Shown one piece after another: positions 22,873 to 33,695 of a stretch of 64,000 nt of DNA. The stretch comes from Candidatus Fonsibacter lacus (lineage in GTDB: Bacteria > Pseudomonadota > Gammaproteobacteria > Burkholderiales > Burkholderiaceae_C). The notes beneath the pieces were generated by a model that saw nothing but the letters and a program-made list of their open reading frames with translations, was not told the DNA's origin and did not search any database. The stretch covers positions 7 through 64,006 of the forward strand of contig RFXW01000001.1 of the NCBI GenBank assembly GCA_009921245.1. Direction: 5' to 3'. The number at the start of each line of letters is the position of its first letter. Position 1 is the stretch's first letter. The position numbers and the translations under genes were made by a program.

Positions 22873-22892
22873 ATGGGCGTGAACATGCGCGC

Positions 22893-24188
22893 CTAGTCGA
22901 TATCTTCGGCGTCGGGGTCGGTTTGCTCGAGCTCGTAGCTGGCGCCCAGCATAGCCAAACGCGCCAATACCCCGTACATGTAAAAGCGGTTGGGCGCGCT
23001 GACCCCTGGCTTCACGCCAGGCTCGGGCAAATGCGCGCTTTGGTCAAAAGCCAACGGCACAAAACTGGCACCAGGGGCGTTGAGGTTTTCATCAACCCCA
23101 CGCTCGGCGTGTACCCGGTAAAAGCCTCCCACCACGTATCGATCGAGCATATACACCACCGGCTCAGCCACGGCCTCGTTGATGCGCTCGTTGGTTGTAA
23201 CGCCCTCTTGAATCAGCACGTCGCTGACGGGCAAACCGTCTTTGACGGTGCTCATTTTGTTGCGTGTGCGGCGGTTGAGATCGTTGAGTTCGGCCGCGTC
23301 GCGCACCGTCATGATCCCCATGCCGTAGGTGCCGTTATCGGCCTTGATCACCACAAACGGCTTTTCCTGAATACCGTACTCTTTGTATTTACGTCGAATT
23401 TTGGTGAGTAGCACGTCCACGTTGTCGCGCATGCAAGCCATGCCCTCGCCGTCGGCAAAATCCACCTGACCACAATGGTTGAACATGGGATTGATCAACC
23501 AATGATCCATGCCCAACAATTTGGCAAAGCGCTTGGCCACCTCCTCGTACGCGGCAAAGTGCGTGGACTTGCGCCGCACCGACCAGCCCGCGTGCAGCGG
23601 CGGCAGCACAAACTGCTCGTGCAGGTTTTGCAGCACGGCGGGGGTGCCCGCGCTTAGGTCGTTGTTGATCAGCACGGTGCACGGGTCAAACCCTTTCAGG
23701 CCAATGCGGCGCCCGTCGCGCTGCAACGGCTCCAGGGTGAGCGTCTCGCCGCTGCTGAGCGTGATGTCGGTGGGCTCAAGAATGTCTGGGTTGAGCGAGC
23801 CCAAGCGCACGTTCAGCCCAGCCTGCTCAAAAATACGCTGCAACTGCACCACGTTGCGCAGATAAAACGTGTTGCGGGTGTGGTTCTCGGGCACCAGCAA
23901 GAGGTTTTTTGCCTCAGGGCAAATTTTTTCAATCGCCGCCATGGCCGCTTGCACCGCCAACGGCAACATCTCGTCAGTTAGGTTGTTCCACCCACCGGGG
24001 TACAGGTTGGTGTCCACCGGCGCGAGCTTGAAGCCGGCGTTGCGAATGTCCACCGAGGTGTAAAACGGCGGCGTGTGCTCCATCCACTCGAGACGAAACC
24101 AACGTTCGATCGCTGGCATGGACTCCAAAATGCGCTGCTCGAGTTCATTGATGGGCCCGGTGAGGGCAGTAACCAAATGTGGAACCAT
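22893..24188 (-). CDS. gshA: Glutamate--cysteine ligase (betaproteobacterial GshA type)
   Basis: MVPHLVTAL, PPFYTSVDIRNAGFKLAPVDTNLYPGGWNNL, KADNGTYGMG; clustered with gshB. Confidence 0.92.
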   Translation of the reverse strand: MVPHLVTALTGPINELEQRILESMPAIERWFRLEWMEHTPPFYTSVDIRNAGFKLAPVDTNLYPGGWNNLTDEMLPLAVQAAMAAIEKICPEAKNLLLVPENHTRNTFYLRNVVQLQRIFEQAGLNVRLGSLNPDILEPTDITLSSGETLTLEPLQRDGRRIGLKGFDPCTVLINNDLSAGTPAVLQNLHEQFVLPPLHAGWSVRRKSTHFAAYEEVAKRFAKLLGMDHWLINPMFNHCGQVDFADGEGMACMRDNVDVLLTKIRRKYKEYGIQEKPFVVIKADNGTYGMGIMTVRDAAELNDLNRRTRNKMSTVKDGLPVSDVLIQEGVTTNERINEAVAEPVVYMLDRYVVGGFYRVHAERGVDENLNAPGASFVPLAFDQSAHLPEPGVKPGVSAPNRFYMYGVLARLAMLGASYELEQTDPDAEDID

Positions 24189-24214
24189 AAACCTTGGGTG
24201 TCTCAGTGTGTGAA

Positions 24215-25495
24215 TCAGGTGCGGATCTGCCCGTGCCCAAGTACCACGTACTTGACGCTGGTTAAACCAGCCACGCCCACGGGGCCGCGCGCGTGTAGTT
24301 TGTCGGTGGAGATACCAATCTCAGCCCCCAAGCCGTACTCAAAGCCATCGGCAAACCGGGTGCTGGCGTTGATCATGACGCTGGCCGAGTCGACCTCGCG
24401 CACAAAGCGTTGCCCGCGCGCATGATCGCGCGTCACGATGGCATCGGTGTGGTGGCTGCCGTAGGCGTTGATGTGGGCAATGGCCTCATCGAGGTCAGCC
24501 ACCACCTTCACGCTCAAAATCGGCGCCAAGTATTCGGTGGCCCAATCGGCTTCAGTTGCCGGGGTGAGCCGCACATTCGCAACGGTGGCTAGGCAGGCCA
24601 TCGCCTGGTCGCAGGCACGCAGCTCCACCCCTTTGGCCGCCATGACCGCGCCCAGCGCAGGCAAAAAGGCCTGGGCCTCGGCACGCGCCACCAACAAGCT
24701 TTCGGCCGCGTTGCAGGGACTGTATTTTTGCGTCTTGGCGTTTTCTATCAGGCGCAACGCCATGTCCAGATCGGCCCCTTGGTCAACATACACATGGCAG
24801 TTGCCGTCCAGGTGCTTAAGCACAGGGATACGCGACTCGGCGCTGACGCGTTCAATCAAGCCCTTGCCGCCACGCGGCACCACCACGTCGATCGACGCCT
24901 GCAGCTGCAACAACGCCCCAACGGCGGCGCGGTCGGTCACGGGCACCAGCTGTACCGCATCGGCGGGTAAGCCCGCCGCCACCAACGCCGCGGCAACACA
25001 ATCGAGCAGCGCCCGGTTGGACGCCGTGGCCTCTGAGCCGCCTCGCAAAATACAAGCGTTGCCACTTTTTATCGCCAACGATGCCGCCTCGATGGTGACG
25101 TTGGGACGGCTTTCGTAAATCATGGCAAAGACACCCAAGGGCACGCGCATTTGCCCTACGCGGATACCGCTGGGCTGCTCGGCGAACCCAAACATTTCAC
25201 CCACGATATCGGGCATGGCGGCAAGCTGCTCGCAGCCCTGTGCGCAGGTTTGTAGGGTCTTGTCGTCCAGCCTTAACCGGTCGAGCATGGGCCCTTGCAA
25301 GCCTGCCGCTTGGGCCGCCTCAAGGTCTTGCTGATTGGCCTGCTGGAGCGCCTGGCGCTGCTGCTGCAGTTGCGCGGCCAGCCCACGCAGCGCGTCGCGC
25401 CGCTGCGCGGCGCTGGCTTTAGCCAATGCCGCCGACGCCGCCCGAGCGGCTGCCCCAAGACGGCCTACCAAGGCATCGATGTCCTCGCTGTTCAT
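24215..25495 (-). CDS. proA: Gamma-glutamyl phosphate reductase
   Basis: [43 protein letters not shown]. Confidence 0.97.
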   Translation of the reverse strand: MNSEDIDALVGRLGAAARAASAALAKASAAQRRDALRGLAAQLQQQRQALQQANQQDLEAAQAAGLQGPMLDRLRLDDKTLQTCAQGCEQLAAMPDIVGEMFGFAEQPSGIRVGQMRVPLGVFAMIYESRPNVTIEAASLAIKSGNACILRGGSEATASNRALLDCVAAALVAAGLPADAVQLVPVTDRAAVGALLQLQASIDVVVPRGGKGLIERVSAESRIPVLKHLDGNCHVYVDQGADLDMALRLIENAKTQKYSPCNAAESLLVARAEAQAFLPALGAVMAAKGVELRACDQAMACLATVANVRLTPATEADWATEYLAPILSVKVVADLDEAIAHINAYGSHHTDAIVTRDHARGQRFVREVDSASVMINASTRFADGFEYGLGAEIGISTDKLHARGPVGVAGLTSVKYVVLGHGQIRT

Positions 25496-25527
25496 GGCGC
25501 TATTGTCGCACCCTTAGGGGGTAACCC

Positions 25528-26583
25528 CTAGACGCGGCAACCCTGCGCCACCTGGCGCGCCAACTGCCGCAAGGCAAGCCATGGCTGAGCAGGCCAAGTG
25601 GGCAGACGCAAACCCTTGATGACCCCGTCCACCTCGTGGGCGTGCCGCAGCCAGCGCACGGTTTGGGCGCGTGACATGCGCGGGGCAACGCGGGCCATCA
25701 GGCGCTCCCTGTCGCCCCATACCCGCTGCTCACGCAACACCGCCGGCAGCGAGCGGCCCGAGCCCAAGCCTTTGCAAATTTGGTCACAGCTGCGTAATTC
25801 TTCGGCCAAAGCAAAATGCACCAACACCGGCGAGGCACCCTCGGCCTCCAGCCCAACCAACATGCGCTCGGCGCGCTCAACCTGCCCATCCAACACCGCC
25901 GCGGACAGCCCAAAAGGATCAAAGCGCGCCACATCGGCCACCGCCGCCTCAATTTGCGCCAGGGTCAACGTGCCCTCGGGGTATAACAAAGCAAGTTTTT
26001 GTACCTCTTGGTGCGCGGCCAACAAATTGCCCTCAACGCAAGCCGCCAGCCATTGCAAGCTGCGCTCGCCTTCGTCACCCGGTGCTACGCGCTGGCCTTG
26101 TGCAGCCAAGCGCTTGGCCAACCACGCCGGCAACGCGGCACGCGCCACTGGGTTAACACGCAGCACCACCCCGGCTTGCTCCAGTGCCGCCATCCACGCG
26201 CTTTTGATTTGGGTGCCGTCCAACTTGGGTAACAGCACCAAGGTAAGGGTGTCGCCGGCGGCTTGTCCCGCCAGTTGGTCGGCCAACTGCTGCAGGGCTT
26301 GTGAGCCCAGCTTGCCCGGCTTACCCGCCGGAATGCGCACCTCGATCAGCTGCCGATCACCAAACAGGCTAAGGCTGGCGTGGCTGGCCAGCACCGGGGT
26401 CCAGTCGTCGTTGGCCGAGGCAATGGTGCACACCTGCCGTTGGCCATACCCGGCCTCGCGCGCGGCGCGGCGAATGGCGTCGCCGGCCTCTTGCAGCAGC
26501 AACGGCTCGGCACCGTGCAACACGTAAAGGGCTCGCAGACCCTGCCGCAGGTGGGCCTCAAGCTGCTCGAGCTCGAGTCGCAT
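25528..26583 (-). CDS. holA: DNA polymerase III subunit delta
   Basis: LYVLHGAEPLL, SLFGDRQLIE, EGNLLAAHQEVQKL; leuS-lptE-holA order. Confidence 0.92.
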   Translation of the reverse strand: MRLELEQLEAHLRQGLRALYVLHGAEPLLLQEAGDAIRRAAREAGYGQRQVCTIASANDDWTPVLASHASLSLFGDRQLIEVRIPAGKPGKLGSQALQQLADQLAGQAAGDTLTLVLLPKLDGTQIKSAWMAALEQAGVVLRVNPVARAALPAWLAKRLAAQGQRVAPGDEGERSLQWLAACVEGNLLAAHQEVQKLALLYPEGTLTLAQIEAAVADVARFDPFGLSAAVLDGQVERAERMLVGLEAEGASPVLVHFALAEELRSCDQICKGLGSGRSLPAVLREQRVWGDRERLMARVAPRMSRAQTVRWLRHAHEVDGVIKGLRLPTWPAQPWLALRQLARQVAQGCRV

Positions 26584-26588
26584 GCGCC

Positions 26589-27104
26589 TTAGCGTCCACC
26601 CCAGGCCGCCAAGCGCCGCAGCACCGACTGCGCGGCGCGCGCTTGCATGTCGCGCAGCAACGTGGCTTCTTCGGTGGCTTTGGCCAAGGCGGCGCTTTCT
26701 TCGTAGCTCATGTCTTGCACCAGTTCCAGTTGGTCACGCAACACCGGCTCGTCGTTGGGCTGCGCGGTGGCAGGATACAAGGCATACGCAAACTGCACGC
26801 CCAACTCAATCTCGCGCACACGGCCCGAGACCACCGTACCCACCACCTGACGACTGGTACGGTCTTGTGCAACCTGCAGCCGCCATGACGCAGACGACGC
26901 CTCCGCGGCGTCATCGCGCCACACCTTGACCTCGTTTAACGCCAACGCCTGTTGCAAGGCCTGGGTCACGCCACCTTGCACACCGGTGATCACCAGCTGA
27001 CGAAACGGCAAACTCACTTGGCCACGCAAACGAAAACCGCAGCCAGCCAAAGCGCCCACGGCCACCATACCCAAGACATGCCGACGTTGCATCATGCGGT
27101 TCAC
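26589..27104 (-). CDS. lptE: LPS assembly lipoprotein LptE
   Basis: Lipobox LAGC followed by GFRLRG; between leuS and holA. Confidence 0.88.
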   Translation of the reverse strand: MNRMMQRRHVLGMVAVGALAGCGFRLRGQVSLPFRQLVITGVQGGVTQALQQALALNEVKVWRDDAAEASSASWRLQVAQDRTSRQVVGTVVSGRVREIELGVQFAYALYPATAQPNDEPVLRDQLELVQDMSYEESAALAKATEEATLLRDMQARAAQSVLRRLAAWGGR

Positions 27105-27106
27105 CC

Positions 27107-29764
27107 CTACACCACCACGTTTACCAAGCGCCCAGGCACCACCACCACTTTGCGCGGCGTGGCACCGGCGGCGTATCGCGCCAACACATCGCTGGCCAGC
27201 GCGGCGGCCTCAATCGTTTGGGTGTCGGCTTGGGCCGCAACGGTCAGGCTGCCGCGCAACTTGCCGTTGATTTGCAACACCAATTCAATCTCGTCTTGTT
27301 GCAGCGCGGCCTCATCGACTTGCGGCCATGGTGCATCGAGCAGCGGCCCGTGGGGCGTGGCGTAACCCAAGGTTTGCCACAGCGCCTCGGTGATGTGTGG
27401 GCACGCTGGGTACAACACCCGCAACAGCAAGCCAAAGCCCTCGGCTTGCGCCCCAGGGTGACACGCGGCCGCCCCCTCCAAGGCGTTAAGCATTTTCATC
27501 ACCGCCGAGACCACGGTGTTGTACTGCATGCGTTCGTAGTCGTAGGTGGCTTGCCGCAACACGGTGTGCAGCTCGCGCCGCAGGGTTTGCGCAGCGGCTG
27601 GCAGGGGCGTTTGATTCGCTGTTAAACCTTGCCTGATCGCCTGTTGGTGCGTGTGCCCATAAGCCCACACGCGTCGCAAAAAGCGCGCGCTGCCTTCAAC
27701 CGCCGAGTCGTTCCACTCAAGCGTGGCCTCGGGTGGCGCGGTGAACATGGTGTAGAGCCTGGCGGTGTCGGCGCCGTAGCGCTCGATCAAATCTTGCGGG
27801 TCCACCCCGTTGTTTTTGCTTTTGCTCATGGTGCCCACCCCCTCGTAGGTAATGGGCGTGCCTGCGGGCAACGGGCCTTTGGCGTCTTTGAGTACGGCGC
27901 CGGTTACCTTGCCGCTTTCATCGGTTACGTCTTGCACCTCGTGCGGCCAAAAATACTCCACGCCGCCTTTGGCGTCTTTACGCGAGTAAATGTGGTTGAG
28001 CACCATGCCTTGGGTGAGCAACTTGGTAAAGGGTTCGTCCACCGCCACCAAGCCCACATCACGCATGACCTTGGTCCAAAAGCGCGCGTACAACAAGTGC
28101 AAAATGGCGTGCTCAATGCCGCCAATGTACTGGTCCATGGGCATCCAGTAGCGCGCACCCTCGGCCACCATGGCGTCGTCGCGCTGCGGGTCGCAGTAAC
28201 GCATGAAGTACCACGCCGAATCCACAAAGGTGTCCATGGTGTCGGTTTCGCGCCGTGCTGGCTTGCCGCATGTTGGGCAGGCCACGCGCAAAAACGACTC
28301 GCATTGATTCAACGGGTTGCCACTGCCATCGGGCACCAAATCTTGCGGCAGTTGCACCGGCAGGTCGGCCTCGGGTACGGGCACGGCACCGCAGTCGTTG
28401 CAATGAATCATCGGGATGGGCGTACCCCAGTAGCGCTGGCGACTGATGCCCCAATCGCGCAAACGCCAGGTGGTTTGTTTGTCGCCCAAGCCACGCTCGG
28501 CCAGCGTGCTGGCCACGTGGTCCACCGCCTGTGCAAACGCCATGCCGTCAAGCACACCCGAGTTCACACACACACCGTCTTTGCTGGCGTACCACGGCTG
28601 CCAACGGGTGGCATCAAAGACCTCATCGGCTTGACGTGACGCCACCACCTGCTGAATCGGCAAACCGTATTTAAGGGCAAAGGCAAAGTCGCGCTCGTCG
28701 TGGGCGGGCACCCCCATGACCGCGCCACCGCCGTAGCTCATGAGCACGTAATTGCCCACCCACACCGCCACCGGCTCACCTGTCAGCGGATGCTGCACCT
28801 GCAAACCGGTGTCCATGCCTTCTTTGTCTTTGGCGGCAAGCTCAGCCTCGGTGGTGCCACCTTGTTTGCATCGTTCAATAAAGTCGGCCAAACCCGGCTG
28901 GTTGGCTGCAGCGTGCAGCGCCAGCGGGTGTTCGGGTGCCACCGCACAAAAGGTGACCCCCATGATGGTGTCGGCGCGGGTGGTAAACACCTGCATGCGG
29001 CCGTTTTGAATCAACCCACCGTTGCTGTCGTGGATGTCGTGGGTAAAGGCAAAACTCACACCTTGGCTTTTACCTATCCAGTTTTCTTGCATCAATCGCA
29101 CCCGGGCGGGCCACCCATCGAGGGTGGCGTGTTCGCCGTCGGGTTGCACATGATCGAGCAATTCTTGTGCGTAATCGGTGATGCGCAAATAGTAGCCAGG
29201 GATTTCACGCTTTTCCACCGGCGCGCCGGTGCGCCAGCCACGGCCGTCGATCACTTGCTCATTGGCCAGCACCGTTTGGTCAACCGGGTCCCAGTTCACC
29301 ACTTGGGTTTTGCGGTACGCAATGCCTTTTTCAAGCATTTTCAAAAACAGCCACTGGTTCCACTTGTAGTAGCTGGCATCGCAGGTGGCAACCTCGCGCG
29401 ACCAATCGATGGCCAAACCCATGGCCTGCATTTGTTGCTTCATGTACGCAATGTTGTCGTACGTCCAGCGCGCCGGCGGCACACCATTTTTCATGGCCGC
29501 GTTTTCTGCGGGCAAGCCAAACGCGTCCCAGCCCATGGGCATGAGGACGTTGTAGCCTTTCATGCGTAGCTGACGCGCCAGCATGTCGTTGATGGTGTAG
29601 TTGCGCACATGCCCCATGTGCAGCTTGCCACTGGGGTAAGGCAGCATGGAGCAGGCGTAGTACTTGGGGCGCGCACTGTCTTCGGTGACGCGGTATACGT
29701 CGCTGGCGCGCCACTGCGCTTGTATGGCAGGCTCCAGCGTTTGCGGTTCGTAGTTGGCTTGCAT
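27107..29764 (-). CDS. leuS: Leucine--tRNA ligase
   Basis: [30 protein letters not shown]. Confidence 0.97.
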   Translation of the reverse strand: MQANYEPQTLEPAIQAQWRASDVYRVTEDSARPKYYACSMLPYPSGKLHMGHVRNYTINDMLARQLRMKGYNVLMPMGWDAFGLPAENAAMKNGVPPARWTYDNIAYMKQQMQAMGLAIDWSREVATCDASYYKWNQWLFLKMLEKGIAYRKTQVVNWDPVDQTVLANEQVIDGRGWRTGAPVEKREIPGYYLRITDYAQELLDHVQPDGEHATLDGWPARVRLMQENWIGKSQGVSFAFTHDIHDSNGGLIQNGRMQVFTTRADTIMGVTFCAVAPEHPLALHAAANQPGLADFIERCKQGGTTEAELAAKDKEGMDTGLQVQHPLTGEPVAVWVGNYVLMSYGGGAVMGVPAHDERDFAFALKYGLPIQQVVASRQADEVFDATRWQPWYASKDGVCVNSGVLDGMAFAQAVDHVASTLAERGLGDKQTTWRLRDWGISRQRYWGTPIPMIHCNDCGAVPVPEADLPVQLPQDLVPDGSGNPLNQCESFLRVACPTCGKPARRETDTMDTFVDSAWYFMRYCDPQRDDAMVAEGARYWMPMDQYIGGIEHAILHLLYARFWTKVMRDVGLVAVDEPFTKLLTQGMVLNHIYSRKDAKGGVEYFWPHEVQDVTDESGKVTGAVLKDAKGPLPAGTPITYEGVGTMSKSKNNGVDPQDLIERYGADTARLYTMFTAPPEATLEWNDSAVEGSARFLRRVWAYGHTHQQAIRQGLTANQTPLPAAAQTLRRELHTVLRQATYDYERMQYNTVVSAVMKMLNALEGAAACHPGAQAEGFGLLLRVLYPACPHITEALWQTLGYATPHGPLLDAPWPQVDEAALQQDEIELVLQINGKLRGSLTVAAQADTQTIEAAALASDVLARYAAGATPRKVVVVPGRLVNVVV

Positions 29765-29772
29765 GGCAGGGA

Positions 29773-30585
29773 TCAACGCAACCCCAGCACGTCAAACATG
29801 TCGTAAAGGCCGGCGGGATGCTTGGATAAAAAACGTGCCGCGCGCAAACTGCCTTGCGCGTAGGTGGCACGGCTGGATGATTTATGCGTGATTTCGATGC
29901 GCTCCCCGGTACCTGCAAACAACACCGTGTGGTCGCCCACGATATCGCCGCCACGAATCGTGGCAAAGCCAATGGTGGAGGGGTCGCGCTCGCCGGTGAT
30001 GCCTTCGCGGGCATACACCGCACAATCGCGCAAATCGCGCCCCAAGGCATCGGCCACCACCTCACCCATGCGCAACGCGGTGCCCGATGGTGCATCGACC
30101 TTGTGCCGGTGGTGGGCCTCGATCACCTCGATGTCAAAGCCCTCGGGCAAAGCCCGCGCCGCGGTCTCAAGCAGCTTAAGCGTGACGTTGACGCCAACAC
30201 TCATGTTGGGCGCCATCACCACCCCCACCCGAGTCGCCGCTTGCGCAATAGCCGCCTTTTGCTGATCATCGAACCCGGTGGTGCCAATGACCATGGCAAC
30301 CCCAGCCTGCGCGGCCACGGCGGCATGCGCCACCGTGCCCTCAGGACGGGTGAAGTCAATCAAGCAATCGGCCCCTTGCAGCGCGGCGGCCACGTCCGCC
30401 TGTATCGTGACGCCGGTGTTGAGCCCGGCAAAGGCGCCGGCATCGTGCCCCAAGACTGGGCTTTGGCTGTGTTCAAGCGCGCCCACCAAGGCGCAATCGG
30501 GTGCTTGGGTGATGGCTTCAATCAGCATGCGACCCATGCGGCCGCTGGCACCGGCAACCACCAATCGCAACGGAGCGGCGCTCAT
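29773..30585 (-). CDS. dapB: 4-hydroxy-tetrahydrodipicolinate reductase
   Basis: [28 protein letters not shown]. Confidence 0.97.
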   Translation of the reverse strand: MSAAPLRLVVAGASGRMGRMLIEAITQAPDCALVGALEHSQSPVLGHDAGAFAGLNTGVTIQADVAAALQGADCLIDFTRPEGTVAHAAVAAQAGVAMVIGTTGFDDQQKAAIAQAATRVGVVMAPNMSVGVNVTLKLLETAARALPEGFDIEVIEAHHRHKVDAPSGTALRMGEVVADALGRDLRDCAVYAREGITGERDPSTIGFATIRGGDIVGDHTVLFAGTGERIEITHKSSSRATYAQGSLRAARFLSKHPAGLYDMFDVLGLR

Positions 30586-31118
30586 GGCTGGGTCGGCGTA
30601 AGGGCCGGGTAGTCGCGCGGCGGCGCACGTTTGAGTTCGAGCGCGGCCGTCGGGGGTGGCGTCACCGCCAAGGTTTTGGGGTCGGCCTTTAACACCACCT
30701 TATCCTGCCCTGGCGGCTCGCTGGGCCCAATGCTTTGAACAAATTCGCGCTCGGTTGGCAACACGTCGTCGCCGGCGACGCGCTGCAATTGGTCTTGTGC
30801 AAAAAACACCGTAAAGCGCCGCTCCTGAACCGCTTGCCCAGCGCGCTGCATGGTGAAGACGTAATCCCAACGGTCTTGGTGAAACACGCTTTGCAGCAAA
30901 GGCGTGCCCAGCACCGCCCGCACCTGCTCACGGGTCATGCCCGGCGTTAAGGCCTGCGCTTGCTCGTGTGTGACCACATTGCCTTGCAACACCACCGGCC
31001 GGTAGGTGGACAACACGCCCTCGACAGAGTTGGCTGAAGGCACAGACCAGGCCGAGCATGCTGAGAGCATGACACCAAGAGTGGCAGCCCACAACGGGCG
31101 CGCGACAAAACCAACCAT
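30582..31118 (-). CDS. bamE: Outer membrane protein assembly lipoprotein BamE
   Basis: Lipobox [25 protein letters not shown]; divergent from fur. Confidence 0.92.
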   Translation of the reverse strand: MVGFVARPLWAATLGVMLSACSAWSVPSANSVEGVLSTYRPVVLQGNVVTHEQAQALTPGMTREQVRAVLGTPLLQSVFHQDRWDYVFTMQRAGQAVQERRFTVFFAQDQLQRVAGDDVLPTEREFVQSIGPSEPPGQDKVVLKADPKTLAVTPPPTAALELKRAPPRDYPALTPTQP

Positions 31119-31199
31119 GAGTACCTACGTATCAGCGTATGAAAACGCCACTGGGCTTATGATGAATGCATTGTAGATGAGCGCCCTGCGCCACCGCTT

Positions 31200-31673
31200 A
31201 TGCCCGGCATTGAAGAAATCAAAAACACCGGCCTCAAAGCCACCGCACCCCGGGTTCGCATTTTGGAGCTGTTTCAGGGCGCCGAACGACGCCACCTGAG
31301 CGCCGAGGATGTTTACCGCCAGCTGCTGATCGACGGCAGCGACATTGGCCTGGCCACGGTGTACCGCGTGCTCACCCAATTTGAGCAAGCGGGGCTGTTG
31401 CGCCGCAGCACCTTTGAGACCGGCAAGGCCGTGTTTGAGCTGGATGAGGGCACCCACCACGACCATTTGGTGTGCTTGGATTGCGGTCGGGTTGAGGAAT
31501 TTCTTGACCCCGCCATTGAGCAACGCCAACAAGCGATTGCCAAGGCCCGCGGCTTTGCGCTGCAAGAGCACGCGTTGGCGCTTTATGCCACCTGCGAGCA
31601 ACACGCCTGCCCGCATCGGCACAACGCGGCAGCTGGCCCGCTGGAGGCCCCGGCCGAGCGCGGCGCGGGTTAA
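31200..31673 (+). CDS. fur: Ferric uptake regulator
   Basis: [35 protein letters not shown]. Confidence 0.96.
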   Translation: MPGIEEIKNTGLKATAPRVRILELFQGAERRHLSAEDVYRQLLIDGSDIGLATVYRVLTQFEQAGLLRRSTFETGKAVFELDEGTHHDHLVCLDCGRVEEFLDPAIEQRQQAIAKARGFALQEHALALYATCEQHACPHRHNAAAGPLEAPAERGAG

Positions 31674-32629
31674 GCCAAATCCTCGGGTGATTGCATGGCG
31701 CGCGCTTGGCGCTGCACAAAATCCCGGTAAGTGTCGATGCCACGCAGCTGCAAAATGGTGTTGCGCACCGCCGCCTCCACCAGCACGGCGATGTTGCGCC
31801 CCGCCACCACGGGGATGATGCTTTTGCGAACCGGCACCTCAAGCACGTCTTGATAAATCGGCTCGGTGGGCATGCGCTCGTGGTCGCGCCCAATGCTTTC
31901 GAGCTGCACCAGTTGCACGATCAGCTTGAGCCGCATACGCCGCCGCACCGCGGTCTCGCCAAAAATCGCCTTGATATCCAACAACCCTATGCCGCGCACC
32001 TCCAGCAGGTTTTGCAGCAGCGCCGGGCATCGGCCCTCGATGGTGGACTGGTTGATGCGAAACATATCCACCGCGTCGTCGGCCACCAAGCCATGGCCGC
32101 GGGATATCAACTCCAGCCCCAGTTCACTTTTACCTAGGCCGGATTCGCCGGTAATCAGCACCCCCATGCCCAAGATGTCCATGAACACCCCATGCATGGT
32201 GTCGCGCTCGGCAAAGTGCTTGGCCAAATAGGTCCGCAACACATCAACCGTAAACGCCGCTGGCTCGGCCGTGGCAAACAGCGGCACGCCCACGCGCTCG
32301 CACAACGTGCGCAGCACCTCGGGCACCGGCTGGCCATCGGCCACCACCAGCACCGGCGGCTCAAGTTTGAGCACCCGGGTCACGCGCCGCCGGCAATCGT
32401 CCTCGGTGTCGCGCAGCAGGTAAGCCATTTCGCGCTCACCAAGCACCTGCACCCGGTACGGATGGATGTAATTCAGGTGCCCCACCAAATCGGCGCCCGA
32501 GCGCGCGGCCTGCACCGCGCCTTCTTCAAATTGACGCTCAGAGGCCTGAAGCCCGGCCACCCACTGCCACTTTAGGCGTTCACGGTGATGCTCAAATAAG
32601 CGGTCGGCGCTGATCGCCGTGGGCTTCAT
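31670..32629 (-). CDS. hprK: HPr kinase/phosphorylase
   Basis: [26 protein letters not shown]; ATG overlaps the ptsN stop. Confidence 0.95.
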   Translation of the reverse strand: MKPTAISADRLFEHHRERLKWQWVAGLQASERQFEEGAVQAARSGADLVGHLNYIHPYRVQVLGEREMAYLLRDTEDDCRRRVTRVLKLEPPVLVVADGQPVPEVLRTLCERVGVPLFATAEPAAFTVDVLRTYLAKHFAERDTMHGVFMDILGMGVLITGESGLGKSELGLELISRGHGLVADDAVDMFRINQSTIEGRCPALLQNLLEVRGIGLLDIKAIFGETAVRRRMRLKLIVQLVQLESIGRDHERMPTEPIYQDVLEVPVRKSIIPVVAGRNIAVLVEAAVRNTILQLRGIDTYRDFVQRQARAMQSPEDLA

Positions 32630-33096
32630 GCCGAGGCGTGGGCCGATTGCCAACCGGCGATAAGGCGATGCAATTGCGTGGCATCGGCGGCGTGCTTGAT
32701 GGCCTCGCGCAACTCCGCGTCGCTCAGAATCTCTGCAATCTCTGACAAGATTTCCAAATGTTTTTGCGTGGCGGCCTCTGGCACCAGCAAACAAATCAGC
32801 AGCACCACCGGCTGCTCATCGGGCGCGTCAAACGGCACCGGTTGCGCCAACTGAAACACCGCCGCCATCGGCTCTTTCAGCCCCTTGATGCGTCCGTGCG
32901 GAATGGCCACGCCGTGGCCCAAGCCGGTTGAGCCCAAGCGCTCACGTGCAAACAAGCTGTCGGTGATGGTGGAGCGGTTCAGCCCATGCGAGGCTTCGAA
33001 CAACAGCCCCACCTCTTCGAAAGCGCGCTTTTTGCTCGTCACCTCCACATTGACCAACACTTGCTCGAGTGGAAGGATGTTTGCGAGTCGATTCAT
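32626..33096 (-). CDS. ptsN: PTS IIA(Ntr) nitrogen regulatory protein
   Basis: [19 protein letters not shown]; SD GAGGA before ATG 33096. Confidence 0.93.
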   Translation of the reverse strand: MNRLANILPLEQVLVNVEVTSKKRAFEEVGLLFEASHGLNRSTITDSLFARERLGSTGLGHGVAIPHGRIKGLKEPMAAVFQLAQPVPFDAPDEQPVVLLICLLVPEAATQKHLEILSEIAEILSDAELREAIKHAADATQLHRLIAGWQSAHASA

Positions 33097-33147
33097 GTTT
33101 GTCCTCAAAACCAAACACAGGCGCGCTGGCTGCCGCGCACCACCGAT

Positions 33148-33178
33148 AAAAAAGCCACTCACAGCTTAGGAGTGGCTT
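33148..33178 (-). terminator. Rho-independent terminator-like hairpin between hpf and ptsN
   Basis: AAGCCACTC/GAGTGGCTT 9-bp stem followed by a U-run on the minus strand. Confidence 0.6.
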
Positions 33179-33251
33179 CTAGGTGCTGCGCATTGTGCGC
33201 CCATTTTGAGGTCAAAGCAAGGGTTTACCCCAAAATAACCTGGACCGGTGT

Positions 33252-33587
33252 TTAGCCCACGGCCATGCGCTTGCTGGCCTGGTGATGGTGGTCTTGGGTC
33301 TTGTCTTTGTGCTTGAGCACCTGCCGATCGAGCTTGTCCGCCAACTGGTCGACCGCTGCGTACAAATCGGCGTGGGCGGATTCGGCAAACAAATCGCGTC
33401 CTTTGACATGAATATTGCACTCAGCTTTTTGCCGTAAGTCTTTGTCTTTTAATGGATCAACCGACAGCAATACTTTCACATCCACCACCTGATCAAAGTG
33501 GCGCGTGATGCGCTCGAGCTTGTGGATCACGTATTCACGCAGTGCCGGCGTAATGTCCAAATGGTGGCCGCTGATGGTGAGATTCAT
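33252..33587 (-). CDS. hpf: Ribosome hibernation promoting factor (HPF/RaiA family)
   Basis: [32 protein letters not shown]; SD AGGAGG. Confidence 0.93.
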   Translation of the reverse strand: MNLTISGHHLDITPALREYVIHKLERITRHFDQVVDVKVLLSVDPLKDKDLRQKAECNIHVKGRDLFAESAHADLYAAVDQLADKLDRQVLKHKDKTQDHHHQASKRMAVG

Positions 33588-33653
33588 GGCTGTTCCTCCT
33601 GTTTCGGGTTGGTTTTGCACACATCCCCTTCGCCGTGAAGGGGCTTTTGAACC

Positions 33654-33682
33654 ACTATGCCTGATGCGTGCCCTTCGTGCAA
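33654..33682 (-). promoter_or_regulatory. Sigma70-type promoter for hpf
   Basis: TTGCAC-N17-CATAGT, followed by a CCCCTTC/GAAGGGG leader hairpin. Confidence 0.5.
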
Positions 33683-33695
33683 GCCGCCGCGCCGC

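Noticed and set aside
27629-28639. Long antisense ORFs (this one, and e.g. 25598-26527 and 60540-61607)
   Set aside because: Shadow frames of well-supported genes in GC-rich DNA; no motifs or ribosome-binding sites
31155-31180. Fur-box-like AT-rich stretch between bamE and fur
   Set aside because: Poor match to GATAATGATAATCATTATC; better explained by overlapping divergent -10 elements (TATGAT and TACAAT)
33625-33648. CCCCTTC/GAAGGGG hairpin followed by CTTTT, as a plus-strand terminator
   Set aside because: No plus-strand gene ends here; more simply a 5' stem-loop of the hpf mRNA
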